Source of the DNA: an uncultured Acidobacteriota bacterium
Lineage (GTDB): Bacteria; Actinomycetota; Acidimicrobiia; Spongiisociales; ZC4RG35
Assembly (NCBI GenBank): GCA_963828465.1
Contig: CAWHEU010000022.1
Span: forward strand, 288,001 to 352,000
Reading direction: 5' to 3'
DNA: 64,000 bases
Numbering within the stretch: the first letter of the stretch is position 1; every line of letters starts with the position of its first letter. The notes under the pieces were generated by a model. It did no database searches. It had not been told where the DNA came from and worked only from the letters and a program-made list of their open reading frames with translations. Positions 23,188 through 32,668 of the stretch are shown here, one piece after another. The position numbers were made by a program, and so were the translations under genes.

Positions 23188-24546
23188 ATGAGCGACACTC
23201 GCAGACATCTGGTCATCATCGGTGGCGGCCCGGCGGGCACCCAGGCTGCTACCACAGCGGCTTCGAAAGGTGGGCGGGTCACGCTCATCGAAAAAGAGAT
23301 CGTCGGTGGCGCGGCCCATCTCTGGGACTGCATTCCGTCGAAGACGATGGCGGCCGCCGCCCTTCGCCACTCATCGGTCCGCAATGCCGCCAAGCTCGGC
23401 CTTGCCACCGAGCCGACCCGGGTCGACACAAGCGTGCTGTCAGGGCGGATCAAGGCGATAACCGGAGACATCAATCGCAACTGGTTGGAACTGCTCGAGT
23501 CACAGTCGGTGGAGGTGATCTACGGGCAGGGCCGTTTCGTGTCCGATCGGGAGGTCGTCGTCGAGACCGAGTCCGGTGAGCGACGGATCGGATTCGATCG
23601 GGCGATGGTCTCAACCGGCTCGGCGCCGCGTGTTCCCGAGTGGGCTCCGGTGGACGGTGAGAGAGTGCTCACGACGCGGGACTGTTACGACATGGTCGAT
23701 GTCCCCGAGCACATGGTCATCATCGGGTCCGGAGTGACGGGCGTGGAGTTCACCCACATCTTCGAGAGCCTCGGATCGAAGGTGAGCCTCGTGGTGTCGC
23801 GTCGCCAGATCCTTCCCCACCGCGACGCCGAAGTCGCCGCCGTCCTCGAGGAGGATTTCTTGGAGAGGGGTGTGCATCTCGCCATCGGCGCACGTGCCGA
23901 GAAGATCGACGTCGACGGATCCGGCGTCTCGGTTTTCTGTGACGACGGGCGGGTGTTGCACGGCTCCCACGCGCTGCTAGCGGTCGGATCCATCCCGCTC
24001 ACCGACGGTCTCGATCTCGACGCGGCGGGGGTCGCCGGTAGCGACGGTTACATCGAGGTGGACGAGTTTCAGCGAACGTCCGTCCCCCATATCTACGCGG
24101 CCGGCGATGTCACCGGTCAGATGCCCCTCTCGTCGGTGGCTTCGATGCAGGGGCGGAAGATCGCCCGTCATGCACTCGACCTCCCGGTGACGCCTCTCGA
24201 CTACTCCAAGGTGGCCGAAGCCATATTCACCGAGCCCGAGATCGCCTCGGTCGGGTTGGTCGATGTGGAGGCTGCCGCCCAGGGCCGAAAGGTCCGCACG
24301 ATGAAGGTGCCGTTCGCCGCGAACGCCCGATCCGTGCTCCAACATTTCACCAGGGGTTTCGTCAAGCTGACCTCCGACCCCGCCACAGGTGTGGTCCTGG
24401 GCGGGACCATTGTTGGCCACCGCGCATCCGAGCTAATAGGTGTCCTCACGCTCGCCGTTCAGGCGGATGTAACCGTCAAGGAACTGGTAGAAACCCTGAT
24501 GGTTCACCCCTCGATGACGGAAGCCATCTCCGACGCCGCCGAATAG
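23188..24546 (+). CDS. lpdA: LpdA-type NAD(P)H:quinone dehydrogenase (flavoprotein disulfide reductase family)
   Basis: IIGGGPAG, GGAAHLWDCIPSK (single Cys), IGSGVTGVEF, YAAGDVTG; next to the biotin carboxylase as in other actinobacteria. Confidence 0.8.
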   Translation: MSDTRRHLVIIGGGPAGTQAATTAASKGGRVTLIEKEIVGGAAHLWDCIPSKTMAAAALRHSSVRNAAKLGLATEPTRVDTSVLSGRIKAITGDINRNWLELLESQSVEVIYGQGRFVSDREVVVETESGERRIGFDRAMVSTGSAPRVPEWAPVDGERVLTTRDCYDMVDVPEHMVIIGSGVTGVEFTHIFESLGSKVSLVVSRRQILPHRDAEVAAVLEEDFLERGVHLAIGARAEKIDVDGSGVSVFCDDGRVLHGSHALLAVGSIPLTDGLDLDAAGVAGSDGYIEVDEFQRTSVPHIYAAGDVTGQMPLSSVASMQGRKIARHALDLPVTPLDYSKVAEAIFTEPEIASVGLVDVEAAAQGRKVRTMKVPFAANARSVLQHFTRGFVKLTSDPATGVVLGGTIVGHRASELIGVLTLAVQADVTVKELVETLMVHPSMTEAISDAAE

Positions 24547-24575
24547 GGACCCGTCACGCAGGTGCGCGGGTCGGC

Positions 24576-26306
24576 CTACTTCACGATGGCGATGACCTGA
24601 CCGGGGGTCACGGTGTCTCCGGGCTGGACCCTGAGGTCGACGACTTCGCCGGTAGCCGGGGAGCGAACCTCGTTCTCCATCTTCATGGCCTCGAGGACGC
24701 ATATCGGGTCGCCTTCGGTCACGGATGCCCCGGCGGCGACGTGAACCTTGACGATGGTGCCCTGCATAGGGGCCGTCACCATGCCGTCTGAAGCTGTGCC
24801 AGGCCCGGTCAACTGGAGCTTGGGGGGCCTCCTTCGGATGCTCCCCGTCAGGGGCTCCGGTGCCCAGTAGCTGACTGCGAAGCGGCGACCGCCGACCTCG
24901 ACGGTGATGTCCCGCCGAGCCAGGCTCTCCTCCTCGGGGAGCGATGGGGTGGCGTCGGGGTCGCCGCCCCCGAGGTCGACGTTCTCCTCCATCCACTTGG
25001 TGTGGTGTGTTCCGTTGATGAAGTCGGGGTGATTCAGCACCGCCAGGTGTGCGGGGATCGTCGATCCCACTCCTGTCACCCGGAACTCCTCGAGCGCTCG
25101 CCTCCCCTTCTGGATGGCCCGGGGCCTGTCGGGTGCCCAGACGACGAGCTTGGCCATGAGATTGTCGTAGTACTGGGAGACGTTGGTCCCTGGCCTGATC
25201 CAGGAATCGACCCGGACGCCCGGCCCTGCCGGCTCCTGCCACTCGACCACCTGTCCCGGGGTGGGGAGGAATTGGTTGAACGGGTCCTCGGCATTGATGC
25301 GGAATTCGATGGCGTGACCCCTCGGTTCGACGGTGTCGATCGTCAGTTCCTCGCCTGAGGCAATCCTGAGCTGCCACTCGACCATGTCGTGCCCGGTGAC
25401 CATCTCAGTGATGGTGTGCTCGACCTGCAGACGGGTGTTCATTTCGAGGAAGAAGAACTCGCCGGTGCGATCGACCAGGAACTCGACGGTCCCTGCATTC
25501 ACGTACCCGCAGGACTTGCCCGCAGCCAACGCAGCACGGCCCAGGGCCCGGCGTTGCTTGACGGTGAGACCCGGCGAGGGCGTCTCTTCGATCAGCTTCT
25601 GATGACGCCGCTGAACGGAGCAATCGCGCTCGCCGAGGAATACGCCTTTGCCCTGGGCGTCGAACAGCACCTGCGCCTCGACGTGCCGTGGTTCCTCCAG
25701 GTACTTCTCGACGTAGACCTCGGGGTTGCCGAAATAGGCATCGGCCTCGCGTCTGGCCCCTTCGAACCCTTCGTCGAGCTCATCGGGCCCACGAACCACC
25801 CGCAACCCCTTGCCGCCACCGCCGTGGGCGGCCTTGATGGCGACCGGGTAGCCGAACTGCTCGGCGAGGGAGGCCACCTTCTCGACCGAGGTGACCGGCT
25901 CGGTGACCCCGGGAACGGTGGGCACCCCGAACTTCTCAGCATTGCGTCTCGAGGTGATCTTGTCTCCCATGGCCTCGATGGCGCTGGCTGGCGGGCCCAC
26001 CCACACGATCCCCGCCTCACTGACCGCAGCAGCGAACCTGGCGTTCTCGGAGAGAAACCCGTATCCGGGGTGAATCGCTTCGGCGCCCGAGTCATGGGCG
26101 ATCTGCAGGATCTTCTGTTGATTCAGATAGCTGTCGGCGGCGGGGGCAGGGCCGGCGTTCCAGGCCTCGTCGGCCAGGTCGACATGGAGCGCATCGCGAT
26201 CCAGTTCCGAATACACGGCAATGGTGCGAATCCCCATCTCCCTCGCGGTGCGGATCACCCTGACCGCGATCTCGCCGCGATTGGCGACGAGGAGACTTTT
26301 CATCAC
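24576..26306 (-). CDS. Acyl-CoA carboxylase alpha subunit (biotin carboxylase + biotin carrier)
   Basis: ANRGEIAVR, HPGYGFLSEN, ERDCSVQRRHQKL, EMNTRLQVEH, EAMKMEN. Confidence 0.95.
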   Translation of the reverse strand: MMKSLLVANRGEIAVRVIRTAREMGIRTIAVYSELDRDALHVDLADEAWNAGPAPAADSYLNQQKILQIAHDSGAEAIHPGYGFLSENARFAAAVSEAGIVWVGPPASAIEAMGDKITSRRNAEKFGVPTVPGVTEPVTSVEKVASLAEQFGYPVAIKAAHGGGGKGLRVVRGPDELDEGFEGARREADAYFGNPEVYVEKYLEEPRHVEAQVLFDAQGKGVFLGERDCSVQRRHQKLIEETPSPGLTVKQRRALGRAALAAGKSCGYVNAGTVEFLVDRTGEFFFLEMNTRLQVEHTITEMVTGHDMVEWQLRIASGEELTIDTVEPRGHAIEFRINAEDPFNQFLPTPGQVVEWQEPAGPGVRVDSWIRPGTNVSQYYDNLMAKLVVWAPDRPRAIQKGRRALEEFRVTGVGSTIPAHLAVLNHPDFINGTHHTKWMEENVDLGGGDPDATPSLPEEESLARRDITVEVGGRRFAVSYWAPEPLTGSIRRRPPKLQLTGPGTASDGMVTAPMQGTIVKVHVAAGASVTEGDPICVLEAMKMENEVRSPATGEVVDLRVQPGDTVTPGQVIAIVK

Positions 26307-27853
26307 TGAGGACCGTTTCCGTGCTTCTTCGGGGGCAGGGTCTCTCGCTTGGTTCGAAGGACCTCGAGGGCGCGGACCAGCTTGTAACGGGTCTCACGAG
26401 GCTCGATCACCTCATCGACCAGCCCGAGCTCGGCTGCCACATAAGGGTTGTTGAAGCGCTCTTCGTAGTCGGCGATCAGCTCGGAGCGGACCCTGTCCGG
26501 CTCCTTGGTGGCGCTGATCTCCCGGCGATGGATGACGTTTACCGCCCCCTGGGCCCCCATCACCGCGATTTCGGCAGACGGCCAGGCAAAGACCAGATCG
26601 GCCCGTATCCCGCGGGCGTTCATGACGAGGTAGGCGCCTCCGTAGGCCTTTCGGGTGATGACGGTGACTCGTGGCACCGTGGCCTCGCAATAGGCGTACA
26701 GGAGCTTGGCGCCGTGACGAATTATCCCTTGATGCTCCTGCTCGACGCCAGGGAGGAAGCCGGGCACATCGACAAATGTGATGATCGGGATGTTGAAGGC
26801 GTCGCAGAACCGGACGAAGCGGGCCGACTTCTCCGATGCCTCGATATCGAGGGTGCCCGCCAGGACCGCAGGCTGGTTCGCCACGACCCCGACGGTATGC
26901 CCGTCGAGTCGTCCAAAACCCACGACGATGTTCCTTGCCCACATCTCGTGCACCTCGAGGAATTCGCCGCCATCGAGAATGGTCTCGACCAGCTCCACCA
27001 TGTCGTATGGCTGGTTGGCCGAGTCGGGGATCATCGAGTCCAGCGAGTCGTCGATGCGATCGGGGCGATCGGTGGGAGCGAAGTAAGGAGGCAACTCCAT
27101 GTTGTTGCGGGGCAGGTATGACATGAGATACCGCACGGCCTCGAGTGCGTCGATTCCGGTCGGGTAGACGAAGTGGGTGACACCCGACTTCGAGGCATGG
27201 GTGGCCGCGCCACCCAACTCCTCCATGGTCACCTCCTCACCGGTCACCGCCTTGATGACATCAGGGCCCGTGATGAACATGTGGCTGGTCTGGTCCACCT
27301 GGAACACGAAGTCGGTGAGGGCGGGGGAGTAGACGGCTCCGCCGGCGCACGGACCCATGATGACCGAGACCTGGGGGACCACCCCCGATGCTCTCACGTT
27401 GCGCTCGAAGATCCGCCCGTACCCGTCGAGGGAGGAGATGCCCTCCTGGATGCGCGCACCACCCGAGTCCTTGAGGCCGATGACCGGCGTCCCCGTGTCG
27501 AGAGCCATGTCGAGGACCTTGCAGATCTTGTCTGCCACGACCTTGCTCAGACTGCCGCCGAACACGGTGAAGTCCTCGGCGAATACGAAGACGGGTCTGC
27601 CGTCGATCGTGCCGTGGCCGGTGACGACTGCGTCACCGAGCGGACGTTTGTCCTCTATCCCGAAACCCGAGGACTGGTGTCTGACGAACTGGTCGATCTC
27701 CTGGAACGAGCCCTTGTCGAGGAGAGCATCGAGCCGTTCCCGGGCCGTCAGTTTCCCCTGCTCGTGCTGGCGGGCGATCGCTCGCTGACTTCCGGCATGC
27801 AGGGCCTCTTCGCGAAGCTCCCTGAGCCGCTCGATTCGCGCCTCGGTCCCCAA
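26303..27853 (-). CDS. pccB: Acyl-CoA (propionyl-CoA) carboxylase beta subunit
   Basis: GKLTARER, DSGGARIQEG, GPCAGGAVYSPALTD, VDVPGFLPG, KKHGN; GGAGGAG ribosome-binding site before TTG. Confidence 0.92.
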   Translation of the reverse strand: MGTEARIERLRELREEALHAGSQRAIARQHEQGKLTARERLDALLDKGSFQEIDQFVRHQSSGFGIEDKRPLGDAVVTGHGTIDGRPVFVFAEDFTVFGGSLSKVVADKICKVLDMALDTGTPVIGLKDSGGARIQEGISSLDGYGRIFERNVRASGVVPQVSVIMGPCAGGAVYSPALTDFVFQVDQTSHMFITGPDVIKAVTGEEVTMEELGGAATHASKSGVTHFVYPTGIDALEAVRYLMSYLPRNNMELPPYFAPTDRPDRIDDSLDSMIPDSANQPYDMVELVETILDGGEFLEVHEMWARNIVVGFGRLDGHTVGVVANQPAVLAGTLDIEASEKSARFVRFCDAFNIPIITFVDVPGFLPGVEQEHQGIIRHGAKLLYAYCEATVPRVTVITRKAYGGAYLVMNARGIRADLVFAWPSAEIAVMGAQGAVNVIHRREISATKEPDRVRSELIADYEERFNNPYVAAELGLVDEVIEPRETRYKLVRALEVLRTKRETLPPKKHGNGPQ

Positions 27854-27897
27854 GACTCCTCCGTAACCTCACAGATTCCGACTCGTCAGGAGACGAG

Positions 27898-28551
27898 ATG
27901 GCTACACCCTATTTGCAATTGTGGGCGGAAGAGGTCGCATCCACACAGGACCTGGCCCGCTCCGAACTGGACAGTCTTCCGGTGGTCGTCGCCGCCCAGC
28001 GGCAAACAGCGGGCCGGGGGAGGGGTGGAGCGCCCTGGTTGTCGGCGCCCCGGGCCCTCGCGGTCTCACTCGCTTTCCGCCCCCCAGACGACGATCTCCG
28101 CCCGTTCTCCCTGATGGCAGGTGTGGCGGCGGCTCGTGGGCTGGAAGGTGTCAGTCTGAAATGGCCGAACGACCTGCTGGCCGATGGGGCCAAGGTGGGT
28201 GGGATCCTCGTCGAGCGCGCCGACGAAGTGGTGATCGGGATGGGGGTCAACCTGTGGTGGCCCGATGCCCCTGAGGGCATGGGCGCACTTCACGAGGATG
28301 ACCCGGGTCCCGGGCTCCACGCCCAAATCGCAGGGCTCTGGGCGGCGGAGTTGATGATGCTCATCGAGTCGGACGGCTGGCCGATCGACGAGTACCGATC
28401 ACTGTGCTCCACGCTGGGCAAGGAGATCTCCTGGGAGCCGGAGGGTCAGGGAACTGCGATCGACGTCACAGGGGAGGGCGCTCTGGTGGTCGAGACCCCC
28501 GGTGGGCGACAAACCCTCACCTCGGGTGCGATCAGGCACCTTCGGCACTAG
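27898..28551 (+). CDS. birA: Biotin--protein ligase without HTH
   Basis: STQD, QTAGRGRGG..W, LKWPNDL, KVGGILVE, GMGVN. Confidence 0.92.
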   Translation: MATPYLQLWAEEVASTQDLARSELDSLPVVVAAQRQTAGRGRGGAPWLSAPRALAVSLAFRPPDDDLRPFSLMAGVAAARGLEGVSLKWPNDLLADGAKVGGILVERADEVVIGMGVNLWWPDAPEGMGALHEDDPGPGLHAQIAGLWAAELMMLIESDGWPIDEYRSLCSTLGKEISWEPEGQGTAIDVTGEGALVVETPGGRQTLTSGAIRHLRH

Positions 28552-29285
28552 CCGAGATCGACCTCGACCGCAGCCGGCAGCGTCGTCTTGAAGAACTCGA
28601 CGAGCCGGGGGTAGGCGTCGGCTGATGCGTCGGGGTCGTAGCCGTCTGCTTCGACGTCGAGGAATGAGTGGCCCGCATCTTCGTACAGAAGCCACTGGCC
28701 ATGGTCGTTCCGCCGTTGCGCCTCATCGACGGTCGATGGTGCGATCAATTCGTCGGTTGCTCCGTAGAGGCCGAGCACCGGCACAGGGAGGTTGTCCAGG
28801 TACGCGGCCACCTGGTATTCGCGCTCCTCGTCGCCGGTGAGGGGGGTGTATGCGACCGCCACGGACTTGACCCAGGACCGGGTAGAGGCGCCCACGATGG
28901 CGAAACGGCCTCCGACATCGATGCCGAGGATCCCGAGATCGCCGCTCACAGCCCACTGGACGTCGTCGGACACGACGAATTCGTGTATCTCGTCGAGATC
29001 CATCAATGCCCGACGATCGGCCAGGGCCTCGTACGCCTGGTTCGGATCCCCCTTCTGCCTGTAGAAGTCGAGGCCAATGGCGACCACCCCCCAGCGAGCA
29101 AACATGCGACAGAGATCCTTCTCGAGCCCGGAGAGGCCCTCGAGCGTGGGAAGCACCAGGACGACGGGGAACTGCCCGGCGACGTCGGGCCGAGCCAGGT
29201 ACTGCGTGCGGAGATTCGACCCGATGGGAAGGGGCCAGCCCCCATACATGATCGGATGGGTTCCTTCGTGCGCGAGTACGGCCAC
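28548..29285 (-). CDS. Dienelactone hydrolase-family alpha/beta hydrolase with atypical nucleophile
   Basis: GILGIDVGG elbow, PVLGLYGATD, YEDAGHSF. Confidence 0.85.
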   Translation of the reverse strand: MAVLAHEGTHPIMYGGWPLPIGSNLRTQYLARPDVAGQFPVVLVLPTLEGLSGLEKDLCRMFARWGVVAIGLDFYRQKGDPNQAYEALADRRALMDLDEIHEFVVSDDVQWAVSGDLGILGIDVGGRFAIVGASTRSWVKSVAVAYTPLTGDEEREYQVAAYLDNLPVPVLGLYGATDELIAPSTVDEAQRRNDHGQWLLYEDAGHSFLDVEADGYDPDASADAYPRLVEFFKTTLPAAVEVDLG

Positions 29286-29370
29286 GGCGAGCAGATTAGG
29301 CCAGCGAGGCCCCGGCGATTGCCAAAGTTTCGAGGAACCCCTGCCTAGCCTGACGACGTCTCATCCGAAG

Positions 29371-30642
29371 ATGGCCTCGTCCTCCCCACGACACCTTGCG
29401 CCCCGTCGCGGGCTGCCCAAATGGCTGAAGATCACGATCCTCGGTCTCTTGGTGGCTGCCACCCTGGGCGCGCTGGCCGTGTTCTGGGCCCTGGATACCG
29501 GCCAGGACGTCCTCGCCCTCGCCAACAGCGATGAAAAGGTCGTCAGCGAGCTGAGTGAGGCGACCGGGGACGCCTTGACATTCCTCGTCGTTGGAAGCGA
29601 CTCCCGCGAGGGCCTCGATGACCTGGCTTTCTTCGGCCGGGCGGGTGGAGAGCGGGGCGATGTGATCATGCTCGTACAGCTCGACCAGGCAAGAGGTGAG
29701 GCCCGGATGCTCTCCATCCCTCGAGATCTCTGGGTGGACATCCCGGGAAATGGCGAGGGCAAGATCAATGCGGCCTATTCCTACGGCGGCCCTTCTCTGA
29801 TGGTCCAGACCATCAGAGAGAATCTCGGGATCGACGTCAATCACTATGTCGAGGTGGACTTCCTCGGGTTCATCGCCATGGTGGATGAGTTGGGTGGCGT
29901 CGAGATGTCGTTCCCCTACCCAGCGAGGGACGCCAAATCCGGGCTCAGTGTCGAGGCTGGAACTCAGACACTCGACGGCGAGCAGGCCCTCGCCTACGCC
30001 CGCTCGCGGAAGTATGAGGAGTACCAAGACGATCGGTGGGTGAGCGTCGATGCCAGTGACCTGGGCCGGACCCAGCGCCAACAGGAGGTGGTCCGCGCCA
30101 TCCTCACCGAGATGAAGAGCCCGGGCTCGATAGCCGAGGCGGGGGACATCGCAGGTTCTATGGCGAAGCATATGACCATCGACGCCACGCTCGCCGACTC
30201 CTCGGTGGCCTCACTGGCATGGGACTTCCGCAGTCTCGTAACCGGGAGCATCGACGGTCAGACACTCCCCGTCTACGGCGACACGGTCAACGGCGCTTCT
30301 GTGGTGCGGGCGTCAGAGCCGGAGGCAGCTGCGACCATCGACGGTTTTCTCTCCGGCGTTATGACTGTGGAATCGGCTCCGTTGCGGATTCAGGTCCTGA
30401 ACGGCAATGGCGTTGCGGGGGCGGCCTCGGCCATGTCAGAGAGGCTGGCCGAGTCTGGTTTCGAGGTCGCCGGTGTTGGAAACGCCGACGACAAGGACTA
30501 CGCCACCACAACGATCTTGGTCCCGGATGGGAGCATGGCAGGGGATCAAATCGTCGGGCAGATCGGTTTCGGTGTAGTTCAGATCGGTACCGTCGATAAC
30601 GGTTATGACGCCGTTGTGATCGTGGGTGCCGACGCCTCCTGA
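29371..30642 (+). CDS. LCP (LytR-CpsA-Psr) protein with LytR C-terminal domain
   Basis: LVVGSDSR, RGDVIML, LSIPRDLWV, KINAAY, ALAYARSR, DLGRTQRQQ; IQVLNGNGVAGAA. Confidence 0.93.
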   Translation: MASSSPRHLAPRRGLPKWLKITILGLLVAATLGALAVFWALDTGQDVLALANSDEKVVSELSEATGDALTFLVVGSDSREGLDDLAFFGRAGGERGDVIMLVQLDQARGEARMLSIPRDLWVDIPGNGEGKINAAYSYGGPSLMVQTIRENLGIDVNHYVEVDFLGFIAMVDELGGVEMSFPYPARDAKSGLSVEAGTQTLDGEQALAYARSRKYEEYQDDRWVSVDASDLGRTQRQQEVVRAILTEMKSPGSIAEAGDIAGSMAKHMTIDATLADSSVASLAWDFRSLVTGSIDGQTLPVYGDTVNGASVVRASEPEAAATIDGFLSGVMTVESAPLRIQVLNGNGVAGAASAMSERLAESGFEVAGVGNADDKDYATTTILVPDGSMAGDQIVGQIGFGVVQIGTVDNGYDAVVIVGADAS

Positions 30643-30664
30643 TCGCAACGCCTAGCGATCTACC

Positions 30665-31951
30665 ATGGCGGATTCAATGGACATAGCAATCATCGGGGCC
30701 GGTTACGTCGGTCTCGTCACCGGGGGTGGGCTCGCCAGTCTCGGCCATCGAGTGCGTCTCGGCGAAGCGAACGCAGAACGAGTCGAGCTCCTTCGCAATG
30801 GTGGAATACCCATATACGAGCAAGGCTTGCCAGACCTCTTGTCACATGCGACCGGGCGCGGCCTTCTCAGCTTCCACACCTCGAACAAAGAGGCAGTTCA
30901 CGGGGCCGGCTTCGTCTTTCTCGCACTGCCCACTCCGGAAGGGGAGGACGGCCGGGCCGACCTCAAATACGTCCATGCGGTGGTGGACGAGCTTGCCAAC
31001 GAGGTCGGGGAGGACACCACCTTTGTCGTCAAGTCCACTGTGCCTCCGGGCACCGTTGCGTCGTTGCGTAAGCGGTTGGCGGACCTCGGCAGCTCGGCAC
31101 GCATCGTCTCCCACCCCGAGTTCCTCCGTGAGGGGAAGGCGGTCGACGACTTCCTCGAGCCGGACCGAATCGTGGTCGGCGCCTGGGAAGAGGCCGATGC
31201 AAAGGCGGTGGCTGATCTCTACCGCAGCCTCGACGCGCCAGTAGTCATCACCGACCCCACATCAGCGGAGATGATCAAGTACGCCTCGAACGCCTACCTG
31301 GCGGCCAGGCTCACCTTTGTCAACACCCTGTCCAACGTCTGCGAGGCGGTCGGCGCCGACATCCTCGATGTCGTCCGTGGCCTGGGGATGGACCATCGGG
31401 TCGGGCCTCATTTCCTCCAGCCGGGACCCGGTTACGGAGGCTCCTGTTTCCCCAAGGACACGCAGGCTTTGATCGCCGTCGCTCAGGACGCCGGCTATGA
31501 CTTCGAGCTGCTCCGGGCGGTCATCGAAGCAGATGAGGAGCAGCGTCGGCGGGTGGCGGACAAAGTTCGACAGGCAGCCGGGGGTGGTCTGCGAGGGCGG
31601 CGCATCGGCATGTGGGGCGTTGCATTCAAGGCCGGCACCGACGACGTCCGGGAGTCACCGGCCGTCCGGATCGCCTCCCTGCTCCAGGCCGATGGCGCCG
31701 AGGTGGTGGCATACGACCCCGAGGCGACGACCGATCTGCTCACCATGGCACCCGATCCGATCACCGCGGTCACGGATGCTGATGTGCTCCTCATCGCCAC
31801 CGAGTGGCCCGAGTTCTTGACGGTGGACATGTCCCAGGTGTCCAACGTGATGCGGGGTCACCGCGTGGTGGACGCCCGCAACATCCTCGATCCGAAGAAA
31901 GTCCGGGCCGTCGGTCTCGACTATTGGGGTCTGGGCCGTCCCGGCGCCTAA
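30665..31951 (+). CDS. ugd: UDP-glucose 6-dehydrogenase
   Basis: IIGAGYVGL, KSTVPPGT, PEFLREG, AEMIKYASNAYLA, GYGGSCFPKD, FKAGTDDVRESP. Confidence 0.93.
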   Translation: MADSMDIAIIGAGYVGLVTGGGLASLGHRVRLGEANAERVELLRNGGIPIYEQGLPDLLSHATGRGLLSFHTSNKEAVHGAGFVFLALPTPEGEDGRADLKYVHAVVDELANEVGEDTTFVVKSTVPPGTVASLRKRLADLGSSARIVSHPEFLREGKAVDDFLEPDRIVVGAWEEADAKAVADLYRSLDAPVVITDPTSAEMIKYASNAYLAARLTFVNTLSNVCEAVGADILDVVRGLGMDHRVGPHFLQPGPGYGGSCFPKDTQALIAVAQDAGYDFELLRAVIEADEEQRRRVADKVRQAAGGGLRGRRIGMWGVAFKAGTDDVRESPAVRIASLLQADGAEVVAYDPEATTDLLTMAPDPITAVTDADVLLIATEWPEFLTVDMSQVSNVMRGHRVVDARNILDPKKVRAVGLDYWGLGRPGA

Positions 31952-31969
31952 GAGGGGTAGGTGGCAGGC

Positions 31970-32668
31970 CTACCTGAACATGTCCTCATCGGGCGGCCTG
32001 ACCAGGTCTTTGCCCCGTCCTTCCCCACGCGGCCCCTCGTAACCACGGATCAGAGCGGCGGGAATCCCGTCCGCCTTTCCCATCACGAGATCGGCCGCTG
32101 CGGCCAGCTCGTCGGCGACCGCGATCTCAGTGACCTCGAGCTCACGGCCCGCCCAGTCGCTGGTGCCCCTCAGATCGATCACGGCTTCGATGCCCGACAC
32201 ACCGACAGCGACATCGGTGAGGCCCCGCCGCCACGGTCGTCCGAAGGTGTCCGAGATGACTACGGGGATGTCGATCCCGAACGAGCGATGGAGACGGGTT
32301 CGAATCCGATTCGCAGATCGGTCCGGGTCCTCCGGGAGAAGGATCATGGTCCCGGGCTCGGCATTCGACCTGTCGACGCCGGCGTTGGCACAGATGAACC
32401 CGTGCTTCGTCTCGGCGATTATCAGATCGCCCCGTCGCCTCACCACGGAGACGGCTTCGGATTCAACCAAAGCACGTCTGAATATCTCCTCGTCGCCTTC
32501 GATCGTGACAACCCTTCCCTCTGCCTTGGAGACGATCTTGTGGGTGACGACCAACACGTCCCCGCCCTTCGGCGCCAAGGGCTGCAGAGCAGTGGTCAGG
32601 ATCTCGGTGAGCTCGTCGCCCGGGTGAACGGGGCCGATCCCGGTCAGCGCAAAGATCTGAAGGGTCAC
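31970..32668 (-). CDS. cofE: Coenzyme F420-0:L-glutamate ligase, single domain
   Basis: THKIVSKAEG, ANAGVDRSN, LLPEDPDRSA, SDTFGRPWRRG, DELAAAADLVMGK. Confidence 0.93.
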   Translation of the reverse strand: MTLQIFALTGIGPVHPGDELTEILTTALQPLAPKGGDVLVVTHKIVSKAEGRVVTIEGDEEIFRRALVESEAVSVVRRRGDLIIAETKHGFICANAGVDRSNAEPGTMILLPEDPDRSANRIRTRLHRSFGIDIPVVISDTFGRPWRRGLTDVAVGVSGIEAVIDLRGTSDWAGRELEVTEIAVADELAAAADLVMGKADGIPAALIRGYEGPRGEGRGKDLVRPPDEDMFR

